From Escherichia phage HY03: a DNA stretch of 64,000 nt. The translations under genes were made by a program, and so were the position numbers. The notes beneath the pieces were generated by a model, which saw nothing but the letters and a program-made list of their open reading frames with translations, did not search any database and had not been told where the DNA came from. Of this stretch, positions 40,576-51,827 are shown in pieces. Each line of letters opens with the position of its first letter. Position 1 is the stretch's first letter. The stretch lies in sequence record NC_031047.1; one strand, 5' to 3'.

Positions 40576-41706
40576 TTATGGATAGGTATAGATGATACCA
40601 GTTTCTAAAGCAGTTTTATGAATGATGTATCCATTACGCGATTCTTGAACATCAACTTCTGGATATTCTTTCATCATCTTCTGAAGAGTGTAACGATGTA
40701 GGTAATATTTACTATCTGGGTCGTCAGTTTTCCAATCTTTACCTTCTTCGGTCATTTTTTGGATTTCATCCATAACCCACCAACCGCACCAGATATAAGC
40801 TGAAGTACGATGTGGAAGAGGATGAACATAAGGTAGTTCACCTTCTGGTTCTGGAGCAACTTTATCAGTTACCTGAACTTGACCTTCTGCTGTAATAGTT
40901 TTGCTATCGTAATCAGTTGCAGTAACGACAGCAGTAACTTCAATAGTTTGACTTCCAACAGATGAGGTATCGACAGTATATACGTTAGTTGACCCTTCTA
41001 CAGGAGAAGAATCTTTCTTCCATGAGTAAGTAATTTGTGCTTCTTCTGGAGCACCCGTAACATTAGCCGTAAATGTAGCCGAAGCATCTTGCTGAACATT
41101 AATAGAAGGAGGAGTCAATGTAACCTGTGGATTCATTGTCTTCTTATTAACTGTCAATGATACTTCATTAGAAGTAACTTCCTTTTCATTGTAATTTTCA
41201 GCAGTTACTTGGGCTACGCATTTAATTCTTTTTACTCCACTTGTAGTTGGAGTATAGCTAAATGTAGAGTTAGTTTCTCCACCAACTTGTGAATCATCTA
41301 CATACCACTGATACGTAGCCGATGCGCCTGGTGGCTGCGAATCTAAGGCAGCAGTAAATTGAACAGCTGTTCCAATTACTCCAGCGTCAGGGCTATTAGG
41401 AGTTACAGCTAAGGTGGTCGTTTGTGTCTTATTTTGAACTGTGATAGTTGTAGTAGCTTCTGCTGTTTCAGCATCAGTATCTGGAACTGTATTTGTTGCA
41501 ACTACTTTAATAGTCTTTTGTCCAGCAGGTCCTTTTAATACATAATCAAAAGTTGCTTCAGCTCCATCTTGTGGAGCATCATCTACAGTCCAAGCATATG
41601 TAATAGTTCCGCCTCCAGTTTCACCACTGGGTGTAGCAGTAAACTGCTTAGTTTCATCAATAACCCCTGTCGGTGTTTTAGGAGTTATATCAACTGTAAA
41701 AGTCAT
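40576..41706 (-). CDS. hoc: Hoc highly immunogenic outer capsid protein
   Basis: 376 aa; repeated Ig-like domain pattern (TYQWYVDD..., ITYSWKKD...). Confidence 0.85.
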   Translation of the reverse strand: MTFTVDITPKTPTGVIDETKQFTATPSGETGGGTITYAWTVDDAPQDGAEATFDYVLKGPAGQKTIKVVATNTVPDTDAETAEATTTITVQNKTQTTTLAVTPNSPDAGVIGTAVQFTAALDSQPPGASATYQWYVDDSQVGGETNSTFSYTPTTSGVKRIKCVAQVTAENYNEKEVTSNEVSLTVNKKTMNPQVTLTPPSINVQQDASATFTANVTGAPEEAQITYSWKKDSSPVEGSTNVYTVDTSSVGSQTIEVTAVVTATDYDSKTITAEGQVQVTDKVAPEPEGELPYVHPLPHRTSAYIWCGWWVMDEIQKMTEEGKDWKTDDPDSKYYLHRYTLQKMMKEYPEVDVQESRNGYIIHKTALETGIIYTYP

Positions 41707-41715
41707 AAGTTATCC

Positions 41716-42396
41716 TTATTTTAATGTTACGAAAGAAGAGTTGCGTGTTTCACGAATTAAAACTGATCCGTCACGGTTAATGTAATAAATTAAGCTAAAT
41801 AAAGTTTGGTGTGCTGACGCATGTTCAAAACTAGTTGGGTGAGATTTCCAATCTGGGGTTTCAGCAATCCATTGATAAATCCACCAAGGAACAGTGCAGA
41901 ATCCTGGATTTTTTCCAATCAGCTGAAGATTCGGACTAAAGTTTTCCGGAAGAGTAAATACAGACGGCTTTTCAGATTCAATAATCTCAGCTACAGCCTG
42001 TTCGAATTTTTCTTCAACAAAAGGAGTATCTTCAATTAAAACAGTGGTATTTTCAGGAATTTTATCCGTTTCTACTACTTCAATTTTAATGTCAGATTTA
42101 ACCGGAGAATCAATCAGAAGTGCTGCCTCTGGATTGACTTCTTCATCGTCATATTTTAATCCGTCTGCGGCATCAGCAGCATCAATTAAGTCTTTAATAG
42201 ATAACCCATCAGTCTCTGGCATAGGTTCACTAGCGAGCTTCTGGAGAGCTTCTTCAATATCATTAACGATATTATCAAAAGATTTATTCTTTTTGACCTT
42301 TATACCAAACTGTTCAGCATATTCAGCTAATTTAGCTTTAGCTTCTTTATTATCATCAAGAGCCTTCAGCTCTGCAATATAATCTTTATCTATCAT
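41716..42396 (-). CDS. inh: Inh, inhibitor of prohead protease
   Basis: 226 aa; conserved position beside hoc. Confidence 0.75.
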   Translation of the reverse strand: MIDKDYIAELKALDDNKEAKAKLAEYAEQFGIKVKKNKSFDNIVNDIEEALQKLASEPMPETDGLSIKDLIDAADAADGLKYDDEEVNPEAALLIDSPVKSDIKIEVVETDKIPENTTVLIEDTPFVEEKFEQAVAEIIESEKPSVFTLPENFSPNLQLIGKNPGFCTVPWWIYQWIAETPDWKSHPTSFEHASAHQTLFSLIYYINRDGSVLIRETRNSSFVTLK

Positions 42397-42445
42397 AATA
42401 TTTCCTCAGTATAAATATAGATATATTTATTACTCGGAAAATAGT

Positions 42446-43063
42446 ATGTACCACTTTGTATATGAAACAACAAATCTAATAAATGGTAAAAAGTATATAG
42501 GAAAACACTCTACTGATGACTTGAATGATGGTTACCTTGGTTCCGGTAAGGCAATTCAGCAGGCTATAAAGAAATATGGTGAAAACAATTTCTCTAGAAC
42601 AATACTAAAAGAGTTTAAAACTTCCGAAGAAGCGTACATGTATGAAGAAGAAATTATAACTCCTGAACTAATAAAAAGCAAAAATTATTATAATATGAAA
42701 CCTGGTGGAATTGGTGGAATTGTTATGACTACAGAGGTTATAGCAAAGATGAAAGAATCTTCCGCTAAAAGATTTGAAAACTCACCAGGCACGGTATTAG
42801 GTAAAACTTGTTACACCAATGGAACTAAAAATATTTTTATTAAACCTGGAGAACTTGTTCCAGAAGGATTTGTAAAAGGGATGGTTCATCCTAATAGAAA
42901 GTCCAGAAAAGGATGTAAAGTCAAACCGACTACCACAGGAACTTTTTGGGTCAATAATGGCGCAATAAATAAATTAATACAACCAGACGGTATTATTCCC
43001 GACGGATTTATTAAAGGTCGTCTCATGAAAAGAGATTCTAAAGGCAAATTTAGTAAGGCATAA
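42446..43063 (+). CDS. segE: GIY-YIG homing endonuclease SegE
   Basis: 205 aa; GIY-YIG motifs KKYIGKHST, YLGSGKAI; T4 segE position upstream of uvsW. Confidence 0.8.
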   Translation: MYHFVYETTNLINGKKYIGKHSTDDLNDGYLGSGKAIQQAIKKYGENNFSRTILKEFKTSEEAYMYEEEIITPELIKSKNYYNMKPGGIGGIVMTTEVIAKMKESSAKRFENSPGTVLGKTCYTNGTKNIFIKPGELVPEGFVKGMVHPNRKSRKGCKVKPTTTGTFWVNNGAINKLIQPDGIIPDGFIKGRLMKRDSKGKFSKA

Positions 43064-43065
43064 TT

Positions 43066-44574
43066 ATGGATATTAAAGTACATTTTCACGACTTCAGTCA
43101 TGTACGCATCGATTGTGAAGAGAGCACGTTCCACGAATTAAGAGATTTCTTTTCGTTTGAGGCCGATGGATATAGATTTAACCCTCGCTTCAGATATGGC
43201 AACTGGGATGGACGAATCCGTCTTTTAGATTATAATCGTCTTCTTCCATTCGGCTTAGTCGGGCAAATTAAAAAGTTCTGTGATAACTTTGGCTATAAAG
43301 CCTGGATTGACCCACAAATTAACGAAAAAGAAGAATTATCAAGAAAAGATTTTGATGAATGGCTTTCTAAATTAGAAATCTATTCAGGAAATAAAAGAAT
43401 TGAACCACACTGGTATCAAAAAGATGCAGTGTTCGAAGGATTAGTTAATCGTCGTAGAATTCTTAATCTTCCAACATCCGCTGGTAAATCGTTAATTCAA
43501 GCTTTGCTTGCGCGATATTATTTGGAAAATTATGAAGGTAAAATTCTTATCATTGTTCCAACAACTGCTCTAACAACTCAGATGGCTGATGACTTCGTTG
43601 ACTATCGTTTATTCAGTCATGCAATGATAAAGAAAATTGGTGGCGGAGCATCAAAAGATGATAAATATAAAAATGATGCACCAGTCGTTGTTGGTACATG
43701 GCAAACTGTAGTAAAACAACCGAAAGAATGGTTCTCACAGTTTGGAATGATGATGAATGATGAATGCCATCTTGCTACAGGAAAAAGTATTTCATCTATC
43801 ATATCAGGTTTAAATAACTGCATGTTCAAATTTGGTCTATCTGGTTCATTACGTGATGGCAAAGCCAATATCATGCAGTATGTTGGAATGTTTGGTGAAA
43901 TATTTAAGCCAGTAACGACTTCTAAGTTAATGGAAGATGGACAAGTAACTGAGCTAAAAATTAATAGTATTTTTCTTCGCTATCCCGATGAGTTCACTAC
44001 TAAATTAAAGGGAAAAACTTATCAAGAAGAAATAAAAATTATTACGGGGCTTAGTAAAAGAAATAAATGGATCGCTAAATTGGCTATTAAGCTTGCACAA
44101 AAAGATGAAAACGCTTTTGTCATGTTTAAACACGTATCGCACGGTAAAGCTATTTTCGATTTAATTAAAAATGAATACGATAAAGTTTATTACGTATCAG
44201 GGGAAGTTGATACCGAAACCCGCAACGTAATGAAAACCTTAGCTGAAAATGGTAAAGGAATAATTATAGTAGCTAGTTATGGTGTATTTTCTACTGGTAT
44301 TTCAGTTAAAAATCTGCATCACGTTGTTTTAGCGCACGGTGTTAAATCAAAAATCATTGTATTACAAACAATCGGTCGTGTATTACGTAAGCATGGTTCT
44401 AAGACAATAGCAACGGTCTGGGACCTCATTGATGACGCGGGCGTAGTTTCTAAATCAAAAACATCTTCTAAAAAATACTCGCATTTAAACTATCTTTTAA
44501 AACATGGACTTGATCGTATTCAGCGTTATGCTGATGAGAAGTTTAATTATGTGATGAAAGAGGTTAAACTTTGA
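43066..44574 (+). CDS. uvsW: UvsW SF2 DNA helicase
   Basis: 502 aa; helicase motifs (PTSAGKS, DECH); T4 UvsW sequence recognised. Confidence 0.9.
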   Translation: MDIKVHFHDFSHVRIDCEESTFHELRDFFSFEADGYRFNPRFRYGNWDGRIRLLDYNRLLPFGLVGQIKKFCDNFGYKAWIDPQINEKEELSRKDFDEWLSKLEIYSGNKRIEPHWYQKDAVFEGLVNRRRILNLPTSAGKSLIQALLARYYLENYEGKILIIVPTTALTTQMADDFVDYRLFSHAMIKKIGGGASKDDKYKNDAPVVVGTWQTVVKQPKEWFSQFGMMMNDECHLATGKSISSIISGLNNCMFKFGLSGSLRDGKANIMQYVGMFGEIFKPVTTSKLMEDGQVTELKINSIFLRYPDEFTTKLKGKTYQEEIKIITGLSKRNKWIAKLAIKLAQKDENAFVMFKHVSHGKAIFDLIKNEYDKVYYVSGEVDTETRNVMKTLAENGKGIIIVASYGVFSTGISVKNLHHVVLAHGVKSKIIVLQTIGRVLRKHGSKTIATVWDLIDDAGVVSKSKTSSKKYSHLNYLLKHGLDRIQRYADEKFNYVMKEVKL

Positions 44575-45263
44575 ATTATAAATTAATATACGATAATTTA
44601 ATTAATAGAGCCCAGAATCGGGCTCGCCTTAATGGATACACTGAAACTCATCATATAATTCCTAGATGTATGGGCGGTACAGATGATAAGTGTAATTTGG
44701 TAGAACTAACAGCTGAAGAGCATTTTATAGCTCATAAACTTTTAGCTAAAATTCATCCAAACCATTACGGTATAATTAAAGCCGTTATATGTATGGGGAT
44801 GAATTCAAAAACTCATGAAAGACACGTTAATAAATCTTACGCCTGGGAACGTCGTAAAATGGCAGAACTTCAATCAGGTGAAGGTAATCCATTTTACGGA
44901 AAACACCATACGGAAGAACATAAACAATATATGTCAAAACTCATGAAAAATCGTCCAATTACGTGGGGAAGTAAAATTAGTAAAACTAAAAGAATGAACC
45001 CAACAAAATGGACTGAAGAAGCTAAAAGATTGCATTCTATCAATCAATCAGGTAAAAATAATGGCATGTATGGAAGGAAACATTCCGCTAAATCTATTCA
45101 GAAAATTAAAGATAACATGCCAGATAATTCAGGAGCTAATAACCCAGCTGCTAAACCTATAGAAGTAAATGGTGTTAAGTATAAATGCATGAAAGATGCT
45201 TCTAAAGCTACTGGATTATCAATGTACAAACTAAGAATACTTAGAAAAACAGTTAATTTATAA
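44571..45263 (+). CDS. HNH homing endonuclease (Mob-type)
   Basis: 230 aa; HNH motif HHIIPRCMGGTDDKCNLVELTAEEHFIAH; N-terminal 65 aa closely parallel ORF 5409..6083. Confidence 0.7.
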   Translation: MNYKLIYDNLINRAQNRARLNGYTETHHIIPRCMGGTDDKCNLVELTAEEHFIAHKLLAKIHPNHYGIIKAVICMGMNSKTHERHVNKSYAWERRKMAELQSGEGNPFYGKHHTEEHKQYMSKLMKNRPITWGSKISKTKRMNPTKWTEEAKRLHSINQSGKNNGMYGRKHSAKSIQKIKDNMPDNSGANNPAAKPIEVNGVKYKCMKDASKATGLSMYKLRILRKTVNL

Positions 45264-45276
45264 GGGCTTCGGCCCT

Positions 45277-45519
45277 TTGGAGAAAAAGATGTTACTAGAA
45301 TTTAAACAATTTCTTTATGAAGCTTCTATTGATGAATTTATGGGTAAAATTGCCTCTTGCCAAACATTAGAAGGTCTAGAAGAACTTGAAGCTTATTACA
45401 AGAAAAGAGTTAAAGAAACTGAATTAAAAGATACTGATGACATCTCTGTGAGAGATGCTTTGGCAGGAAAAAGAGCTGAATTAGAAGATTCAGACGATGA
45501 AGTAGAAGAAAGCTTTTAA
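45277..45519 (+). CDS. uvsW.1: UvsW.1-like small acidic protein
   Basis: 80 aa; position downstream of uvsW (here separated from it by the HNH gene). Confidence 0.6.
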   Translation: MEKKMLLEFKQFLYEASIDEFMGKIASCQTLEGLEELEAYYKKRVKETELKDTDDISVRDALAGKRAELEDSDDEVEESF

Positions 45520-45574
45520 ATTAAAAAAGGCCCAACCAAAAAGGAAGGGCCAAAACTATAGACTAAAGGTCACA

Positions 45575-45805
45575 CTATAGCAAAAGTTGTGTTTCATTTA
45601 ATTGTTCTTCCGAACTTTCTGAAACTGGTAGTTCTTTAATGTAATTATAGCAAGGCCCAGGATGTACAGGACCTTTGTCTGTTTCAACAACCAATGCAGA
45701 ATCGATTGGAGTTTTACAGACAACACAAATCTTATCTGACATGATTGTCTCCTTTTGAATATAGTAATATTTATAAACCCATTTTAATCCGCATTTCTTG
45801 TACAC
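45575..45805 (-). CDS. hypothetical Cys-containing small protein
   Basis: ORF upstream of uvsY; CVVCKTP...PGPCYNY suggests a zinc-binding motif; start may be internal Met. Confidence 0.45.
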   Translation of the reverse strand: MYKKCGLKWVYKYYYIQKETIMSDKICVVCKTPIDSALVVETDKGPVHPGPCYNYIKELPVSESSEEQLNETQLLL

Positions 45806-45865
45806 GGATTAAGCAAGCTTCCATCTCTGCTAATAGTCGAAATACTTCTTTATAATCTGTCATAT

Positions 45866-46093
45866 TTACCCCATATCTCTCATATGCATATCAATGCCCA
45901 TATCTTTAGAATAAAAATATTCATCAAGATATCCGGCAAATTTTCCTTTAATATAAAGGACATCTTCACCACACGGGTGGTCGGCCAGGATACGAATATC
46001 CTGACGCTTAAGATTATGCTTTTTCATTAAGAATTGAATCTCAGTTTCAAATTCTTCTTCATAATTAAAAGCATCATCAATGCTATATCTCAT
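45866..46093 (-). CDS. hypothetical protein (75 aa)
   Basis: ORF immediately upstream of uvsY. Confidence 0.45.
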   Translation of the reverse strand: MRYSIDDAFNYEEEFETEIQFLMKKHNLKRQDIRILADHPCGEDVLYIKGKFAGYLDEYFYSKDMGIDMHMRDMG

Positions 46094-46506
46094 TATTTTC
46101 CAGCCTCAAATGCCCGCATGTCTTGAATATGCTTAATAGCAAATCCACGTGATTTAATAGCATCAAGAGCTCCGCTACAGAAATCTAATAAAATTCCCCA
46201 ATATTGTAATGAAGTATCAACCTTTAAAACATCCTTATCAGCTGATAGAACTGTCTTCATTTCTGATTTCTCGTAACGATCCATACTAAATTCATCACCA
46301 TCTCCTCGTCCCGAGTAGTAGTCTAATCTAGCTTTAAGAGCAACTTTTTTCTGTGCGTCAATTCTAAGCATTTCCTTTTTAATACTTGAATGCTTATTAA
46401 GCCATTTACTATATAACATCACATTATTAGCTGCTTCATACTGTAATTTAGTCGAATCTATAAACACATCTTTCTTCAATTCTTCTTGAAGATCTTCTAA
46501 TCTCAT
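46093..46506 (-). CDS. uvsY: UvsY recombination mediator
   Basis: 137 aa as T4 UvsY. Confidence 0.9.
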   Translation of the reverse strand: MRLEDLQEELKKDVFIDSTKLQYEAANNVMLYSKWLNKHSSIKKEMLRIDAQKKVALKARLDYYSGRGDGDEFSMDRYEKSEMKTVLSADKDVLKVDTSLQYWGILLDFCSGALDAIKSRGFAIKHIQDMRAFEAGK

Positions 46507-46572
46507 ATTGTTCTCTATTCAATTGTTATTGGATGGACTTAGATTCATTATACCACGTTTTAACGTGAAGCA

Positions 46573-46971
46573 TTATACCCTATTACTCGAAGCCAGTTGC
46601 AGTTTTATCTGCTCAATATCATCAGGGTTATCGATGACCGAAAAGCGTATTTCTACTATCAGAGTATAATCATCATAAACTGGTATCACATTAACTGATA
46701 ATTTATCAATACGTGGCTCATAGTTTCTTACTGCGCTTTCGATATTGCGCTCAACTGTGTCAGCAGTAAGAGGAGTCATATTTTCAAAAAGCTGGTCTGA
46801 TAAATCACATCCAAATTCAGGGTCAAACGGTCTTGAACCTTTTCTTGTTGTAATAATTCCCAAAAGACTGTTTTTAATTGACCTTAATCCAAGTGATCTG
46901 GAAACATCTTTGTTCCAATCCATTTTCATTTCCGGGTCAATATCAGAATAAAGCTTATTAATATTTGCCAT
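46573..46971 (-). CDS. 25: gp25 baseplate wedge / sheath initiator (LysM-like)
   Basis: 132 aa as T4 gp25. Confidence 0.9.
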   Translation of the reverse strand: MANINKLYSDIDPEMKMDWNKDVSRSLGLRSIKNSLLGIITTRKGSRPFDPEFGCDLSDQLFENMTPLTADTVERNIESAVRNYEPRIDKLSVNVIPVYDDYTLIVEIRFSVIDNPDDIEQIKLQLASSNRV

Positions 46972-47597
46972 TATAGTAACTCAAAGAACTCTTTGAGGCC
47001 TCTTATTACATGAGCATGGGTTTTTCCACACTCTGGACATTTAATTGGAACAGCCAAATAGACGGTAGGTTTTAAAAGCATATCTTTTATAGCTACAATA
47101 TCTGACTCTGTGATGATAGAATATAAATCTTCTAGTTCCTTTTCATTTAAGTCTTCAACTGGAATGCTTTCCCCGTTAGCATGAATCGTTTCTATGCATG
47201 ATACTATCATGTGGGCTATATTTTTATCATCAAAAATTTTAGGGTATCGGAATTTAATTTTAATGTCACCCAGTGTATACCAGAGGTCTTCTGGTGCATC
47301 TATTTGTGTATGTAATAGATTTATATGGGTTGGTATTTCAGTTCCACAGGTGCACTTCCAGGAGTTTTCGTGATTAACTTCGCCGAGAGAATGTGCCCAT
47401 AAATGAATCAACAATAGTTCTGATTCTTGGCGGTTTAAATCTTTTGCATTTGTGCAGTCTTTGATTAGCTTTTTAACAATTACTTCTACAGAACCATTAT
47501 TTTTGGCAGTAATAAGTTCTAGATATTCTTTAAGCGTGAATGCGCGACAATTGATTATTTTAGAACCAACTCTCACATCAAATTTGTATTCATACAT
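46971..47597 (-). CDS. 26: gp26 baseplate hub protein
   Basis: 208 aa as T4 gp26. Confidence 0.85.
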   Translation of the reverse strand: MYEYKFDVRVGSKIINCRAFTLKEYLELITAKNNGSVEVIVKKLIKDCTNAKDLNRQESELLLIHLWAHSLGEVNHENSWKCTCGTEIPTHINLLHTQIDAPEDLWYTLGDIKIKFRYPKIFDDKNIAHMIVSCIETIHANGESIPVEDLNEKELEDLYSIITESDIVAIKDMLLKPTVYLAVPIKCPECGKTHAHVIRGLKEFFELL

Positions 47598-47622
47598 ATT
47601 TAGCTCCTTTATTTATCATATT

Positions 47623-47630
47623 TATAAATA
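47623..47630 (+). promoter_or_regulatory. T4 late promoter box TATAAATA
   Basis: TATAAATA upstream of gene 51. Confidence 0.45.
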
Positions 47631-47647
47631 GAATAAAAGGAGCATCT

Positions 47648-48397
47648 ATGGCAAACATTATTCGTTGTAAATTACCAGATGGTGTTCATCGTTTTAAACC
47701 ATTTACGGTAGAAGATTATCGAGATTTTTTGTTAGTTCGAAACGATATAGAACATCGGTCACCACAAGAACAAAAAGAAGTAATTGCTGATTTAATTGCT
47801 GATTATTTTGGAGACTATCCGAAGACTTGGCAACCATTTATATTTTTGCAGGTATTTGTAGGGTCGATAGGTAAAACTAAAGTACCGGTCACATTTGTAT
47901 GCCCAAAATGTAAAAAAGAAAAGACAGTTCCATTTGAAATATATCAAAAAGAATTAAAGGAACCTATTTTTGACGTAGCTAATGTTAGAATTAAATTAAA
48001 TTTTCCTTCTGAGTTTTATGAAAATAAAGCAAAGATGATTACTGAAAATATTCATTCTGTTCAAGTAGATGAAATATGGTATGATTGGAAGGAAATTAGT
48101 GAATCAAGTCAAATAGAACTTGTTGACGCCATTGAGATAGAAACATTAGAAAAAATTCTCGATGCAATGAATCCTATTAATTTAACACTGCATATGTCGT
48201 GTTGTAATAAGTATGTAAAAAAATACACTGATATAGTAGATGTGTTTAAGCTATTAGTTAACCCAGATGAAATATTTACTTTTTATCAAATTAATCACAC
48301 ACTTGTAAAAAGTAATTATAGCTTAAATTCAATAATGAAAATGATTCCTGCTGAGCGCGGATTCGTATTAAAACTGATTGAGAAGGATAAACAATAA
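47648..48397 (+). CDS. 51: gp51 baseplate hub assembly protein
   Basis: 249 aa as T4 gp51. Confidence 0.85.
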   Translation: MANIIRCKLPDGVHRFKPFTVEDYRDFLLVRNDIEHRSPQEQKEVIADLIADYFGDYPKTWQPFIFLQVFVGSIGKTKVPVTFVCPKCKKEKTVPFEIYQKELKEPIFDVANVRIKLNFPSEFYENKAKMITENIHSVQVDEIWYDWKEISESSQIELVDAIEIETLEKILDAMNPINLTLHMSCCNKYVKKYTDIVDVFKLLVNPDEIFTFYQINHTLVKSNYSLNSIMKMIPAERGFVLKLIEKDKQ

Positions 48398-49572
48398 TGA
48401 GTATGTTGCAACGCCCCGGATATCCAAATCTCAGCGTTAAATTATTTGAGAGTTATGACGCTTGGAGTAATAATAGATTTGTTGAATTAGCTGCTACTAT
48501 TACCACATTAACTATGCGGGATTCTCTTTATGGTCGAAATGAAGGAATGCTACAGTTTTATGATTCTAAAAATATCCATACAAAAATGGATGGAAATGAA
48601 ATAATTCAGATTTCTGTAGCTAACGCAAACGATATTAATAATGTTAAAACACGAATTTATGGATGTAAGCATTTTTCTGTATCTGTAGATTCAAAGGGCG
48701 ATAACATCATTGCTATTGAATTGGGAACTATTCATTCCATAGAAAATCTTAAATTTGGCAGACCGTTTTTCTCTGATGCAGGTGAATCTATAAAAGAAAT
48801 GCTTGGTGTCATTTATCAAGACCGCACATTATTAACTCCAGCAATAAATGCTATAAATGCTTATGTTCCTGATATTCCATGGACTAGTACATTTGAAAAT
48901 TATTTGTCCTATGTAAGAGAAGTTGCTCTAGCTGTAGGAAGTGACAAATTTGTATTTGTGTGGCAAGACATCATGGGAGTTAACATGATGGATTATGATA
49001 TGATGATAAATCAAGAACCATATCCAATGATTGTAGGTGAGCCATCTTTAATAGGTCAATTCATCCAAGAATTAAAATATCCATTGGCATATGATTTTGT
49101 TTGGTTGACTAAATCAAACCCGCATAAACGTGATCCAATGAAAAATGCTACTATCTATGCTCATTCGTTTTTAGATTCTTCACTGCCAATGATTACTACA
49201 GGAAAGGGTGAAAACTCTATTGTAGTGTCAAGGTCAGGTGCTTATTCTGAAATGACTTATAGGAATGGATATGAAGAAGCTATTCGTCTTCAAACTATGG
49301 CGCAATATGACGGCTATGCTAAATGTTCTACTGTCGGTAATTTTAACTTGACACCTGGCGTTAAAATTATTTTTAATGATAGTAAAAACCAATTTAAAAC
49401 AGAATTTTACGTTGATGAAGTTATCCACGAATTATCCAATAATAATTCAGTAACTCATCTATATATGTTCACTAATGCAACGAAACTGGAAACAATAGAC
49501 CCAGTTAAGGTTAAAAATGAATTTAAATCTGATACTACCACTGAAGAAAGTAGTTCTTCCAATAAGCAATAA
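48397..49572 (+). CDS. 27: gp27 baseplate hub protein
   Basis: 391 aa as T4 gp27. Confidence 0.9.
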   Translation: MSMLQRPGYPNLSVKLFESYDAWSNNRFVELAATITTLTMRDSLYGRNEGMLQFYDSKNIHTKMDGNEIIQISVANANDINNVKTRIYGCKHFSVSVDSKGDNIIAIELGTIHSIENLKFGRPFFSDAGESIKEMLGVIYQDRTLLTPAINAINAYVPDIPWTSTFENYLSYVREVALAVGSDKFVFVWQDIMGVNMMDYDMMINQEPYPMIVGEPSLIGQFIQELKYPLAYDFVWLTKSNPHKRDPMKNATIYAHSFLDSSLPMITTGKGENSIVVSRSGAYSEMTYRNGYEEAIRLQTMAQYDGYAKCSTVGNFNLTPGVKIIFNDSKNQFKTEFYVDEVIHELSNNNSVTHLYMFTNATKLETIDPVKVKNEFKSDTTTEESSSSNKQ

Positions 49573-50050
49573 AGAAGTTTCTATTCCTAAAATGGGTCTT
49601 AAACACTATAACATTTTAAAAGATGTTAAAGGTCCTGATGAAAATTTAAAACTTTTGATCGATTCTATTTGTCCGAATTTGTCACCGGCAGAAGTTGATT
49701 TCGTTTCTATTCATTTATTGGAATTTAATGGAAAGATTAAATCTCGTAAAGAAATAGATGGTTATACTTATGACATTAATGATGTTTATGTGTGCCAAAG
49801 ATTAGAATTTCAATACCAAGGAAATACATTTTATTTTAGACCTCCTGGAAAATTTGAGCAATTTTTGACAGTAAGCGATATGTTATCTAAATGCTTGCTT
49901 AAGGTCAATGATGAAGTTAAAGAAATTAATTTTCTTGAGATGCCAGCATTTGTATTAAAATGGGCAAATGATATTTCTACAACTTTAGCAATTCCTGGCC
50001 CTAATGGTCCAATAACTGGAATTGGCAATATTATTGGATTATTTGAATGA
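49517..50050 (+). CDS. 28: gp28 baseplate hub distal protein
   Basis: 177 aa as T4 gp28. Confidence 0.85.
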   Translation: MNLNLILPLKKVVLPISNKEVSIPKMGLKHYNILKDVKGPDENLKLLIDSICPNLSPAEVDFVSIHLLEFNGKIKSRKEIDGYTYDINDVYVCQRLEFQYQGNTFYFRPPGKFEQFLTVSDMLSKCLLKVNDEVKEINFLEMPAFVLKWANDISTTLAIPGPNGPITGIGNIIGLFE

Positions 50051-51819
50051 AAAAGCCACAAGAAATGCAAACGATGCGTAGAAAAGTTATTTCAGATAAT
50101 AAACCAGTTCAGGAAGCGGCTAAATCCGCTTCTAATACTTTATCTGGACTTAACGATATATCTACGAAATTGGATGATGCTCAAGCTGCTTCTGAATTAA
50201 TTGCTCAAACTGTCGAAGAAAAATCGAATGAAATAATTGGAGCAATTGACAATGTAGAAAGCGCAGTGAGTGATACTACTGCTGGTTCTGAGTTAATTGC
50301 TGAAACTGTTGAAATTGGCAATAATATTAATAAAGAAATCGGCGAATCGCTCGGGAGCAAATTAGATAAATTAACAAGTTTACTAGAGCAAAAAATTCAG
50401 ACAGCTGGAATTCAACAGACTGGAACTAGTTTAGCCACGGTTGAAAGCGCTATTCCTGTTAAAGTTGTTGAGGACGATACAGCTGAATCTGTGGGTCCTT
50501 TATTACCGGCTCCTGAAGCAGTTAATAATGATCCTGATGCTGATTTTTTCCCTACCCCTCAGCCAGTTGAACCCAAACAAGAATCGCCAGAAGAAAAACA
50601 GAAAAAAGAAGCATTTAATTTAAAATTATCTCAAGCTTTAGATAAATTAACAAAGACTGTTGATTTTGGATTTAAAAAATCCATTTCAATTACTGATAAA
50701 ATATCAAGTATGCTATTTAAGTATACTGTCAGTGCTGCTATTGAAGCTGCTAAAATGGTTGCATTAATAATGGCTGTTGTTATTGGAATAGACCTACTGA
50801 TGGTTCATTTTAAATATTGGTCAGATAAATTTTCAAAAGCCTGGGATTTGTTTAGCACTGATTTTAAAACTTTTTCAAGCGAAACCGGAACTTGGGGTCC
50901 TTTATTACAGAGCATCTTTGAATCTATTGATGAAATTAAAAAGTTCTGGGAAGCTGGAGACTGGGGTGGATTGACAGTAGCTATTGTGGAAGGACTTGGA
51001 AGTGTTCTTTATAATTTAGGAGAACTTATTCAACTTGGAATGGCTAAATTATCAGCAGCAATTCTTCGAGTTATTCCTGGTATGAAGGATACCGCTGATG
51101 AAGTAGAAGGAAGAGCATTAGAAAATTTCCAAAATTCTACTGGAGCATCTCTCAATAAAGAAGACCAAGAAAAAGTAGCAAATTATCAAGATAAACGAAT
51201 GAATGACGATCTTGGTCCAATAGCAAAAGGATTAGATAAAATTGCTAATTGGAAAACCCGTGCATCTAACTGGATTCGTGGTGTTGATAATAAAGAAGCA
51301 TTGACAACCGATGAAGAACGCGCAGCAGAAGAAGAAAAATTAAAGCAACTTTCACCAGAAGAAAGAAAAAACGCTTTAATGAAGGCTAATGAAGCTCGTG
51401 CTGCGATGATTCGTTTTGAAAAATATGCCGATTCAGCTGATATGAGTAAAGACTCAACAGTTAAATCAATTGAAGCCGCTCATGAAGACCTTAAAAAACG
51501 GATGAATGACCCGGATTTAAATAATTCACCTGCAGTTAAAAAGGAGCTTGCTTCTAGATTTGCTAAAATTGATGCTACTTATCAAGAGCTTAAGAAAAAT
51601 CAACCTGAGGCCAAACCTGAAACTTCTGCTAAATCGCCAGAAGCAAAACAAGTCCAGGTAATAGAAAAGAACAAAGCGCAACAAGCTCCTGTTCAACAAG
51701 CATCTCCTTCAATCAATAATACTAATAATGTTATTAAGAAAAATACTGTCGTTCATAATATGACACCTGTTACGAGTACAACTGCTCCTGGTGTATTTGG
51801 CGCGACTGGAGTTAATTAA
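50047..51819 (+). CDS. 29: gp29 tail tape-measure / baseplate hub protein
   Basis: 590 aa as T4 gp29. Confidence 0.9.
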   Translation: MKKPQEMQTMRRKVISDNKPVQEAAKSASNTLSGLNDISTKLDDAQAASELIAQTVEEKSNEIIGAIDNVESAVSDTTAGSELIAETVEIGNNINKEIGESLGSKLDKLTSLLEQKIQTAGIQQTGTSLATVESAIPVKVVEDDTAESVGPLLPAPEAVNNDPDADFFPTPQPVEPKQESPEEKQKKEAFNLKLSQALDKLTKTVDFGFKKSISITDKISSMLFKYTVSAAIEAAKMVALIMAVVIGIDLLMVHFKYWSDKFSKAWDLFSTDFKTFSSETGTWGPLLQSIFESIDEIKKFWEAGDWGGLTVAIVEGLGSVLYNLGELIQLGMAKLSAAILRVIPGMKDTADEVEGRALENFQNSTGASLNKEDQEKVANYQDKRMNDDLGPIAKGLDKIANWKTRASNWIRGVDNKEALTTDEERAAEEEKLKQLSPEERKNALMKANEARAAMIRFEKYADSADMSKDSTVKSIEAAHEDLKKRMNDPDLNNSPAVKKELASRFAKIDATYQELKKNQPEAKPETSAKSPEAKQVQVIEKNKAQQAPVQQASPSINNTNNVIKKNTVVHNMTPVTSTTAPGVFGATGVN

Positions 51820-51827
51820 GGAATAAT

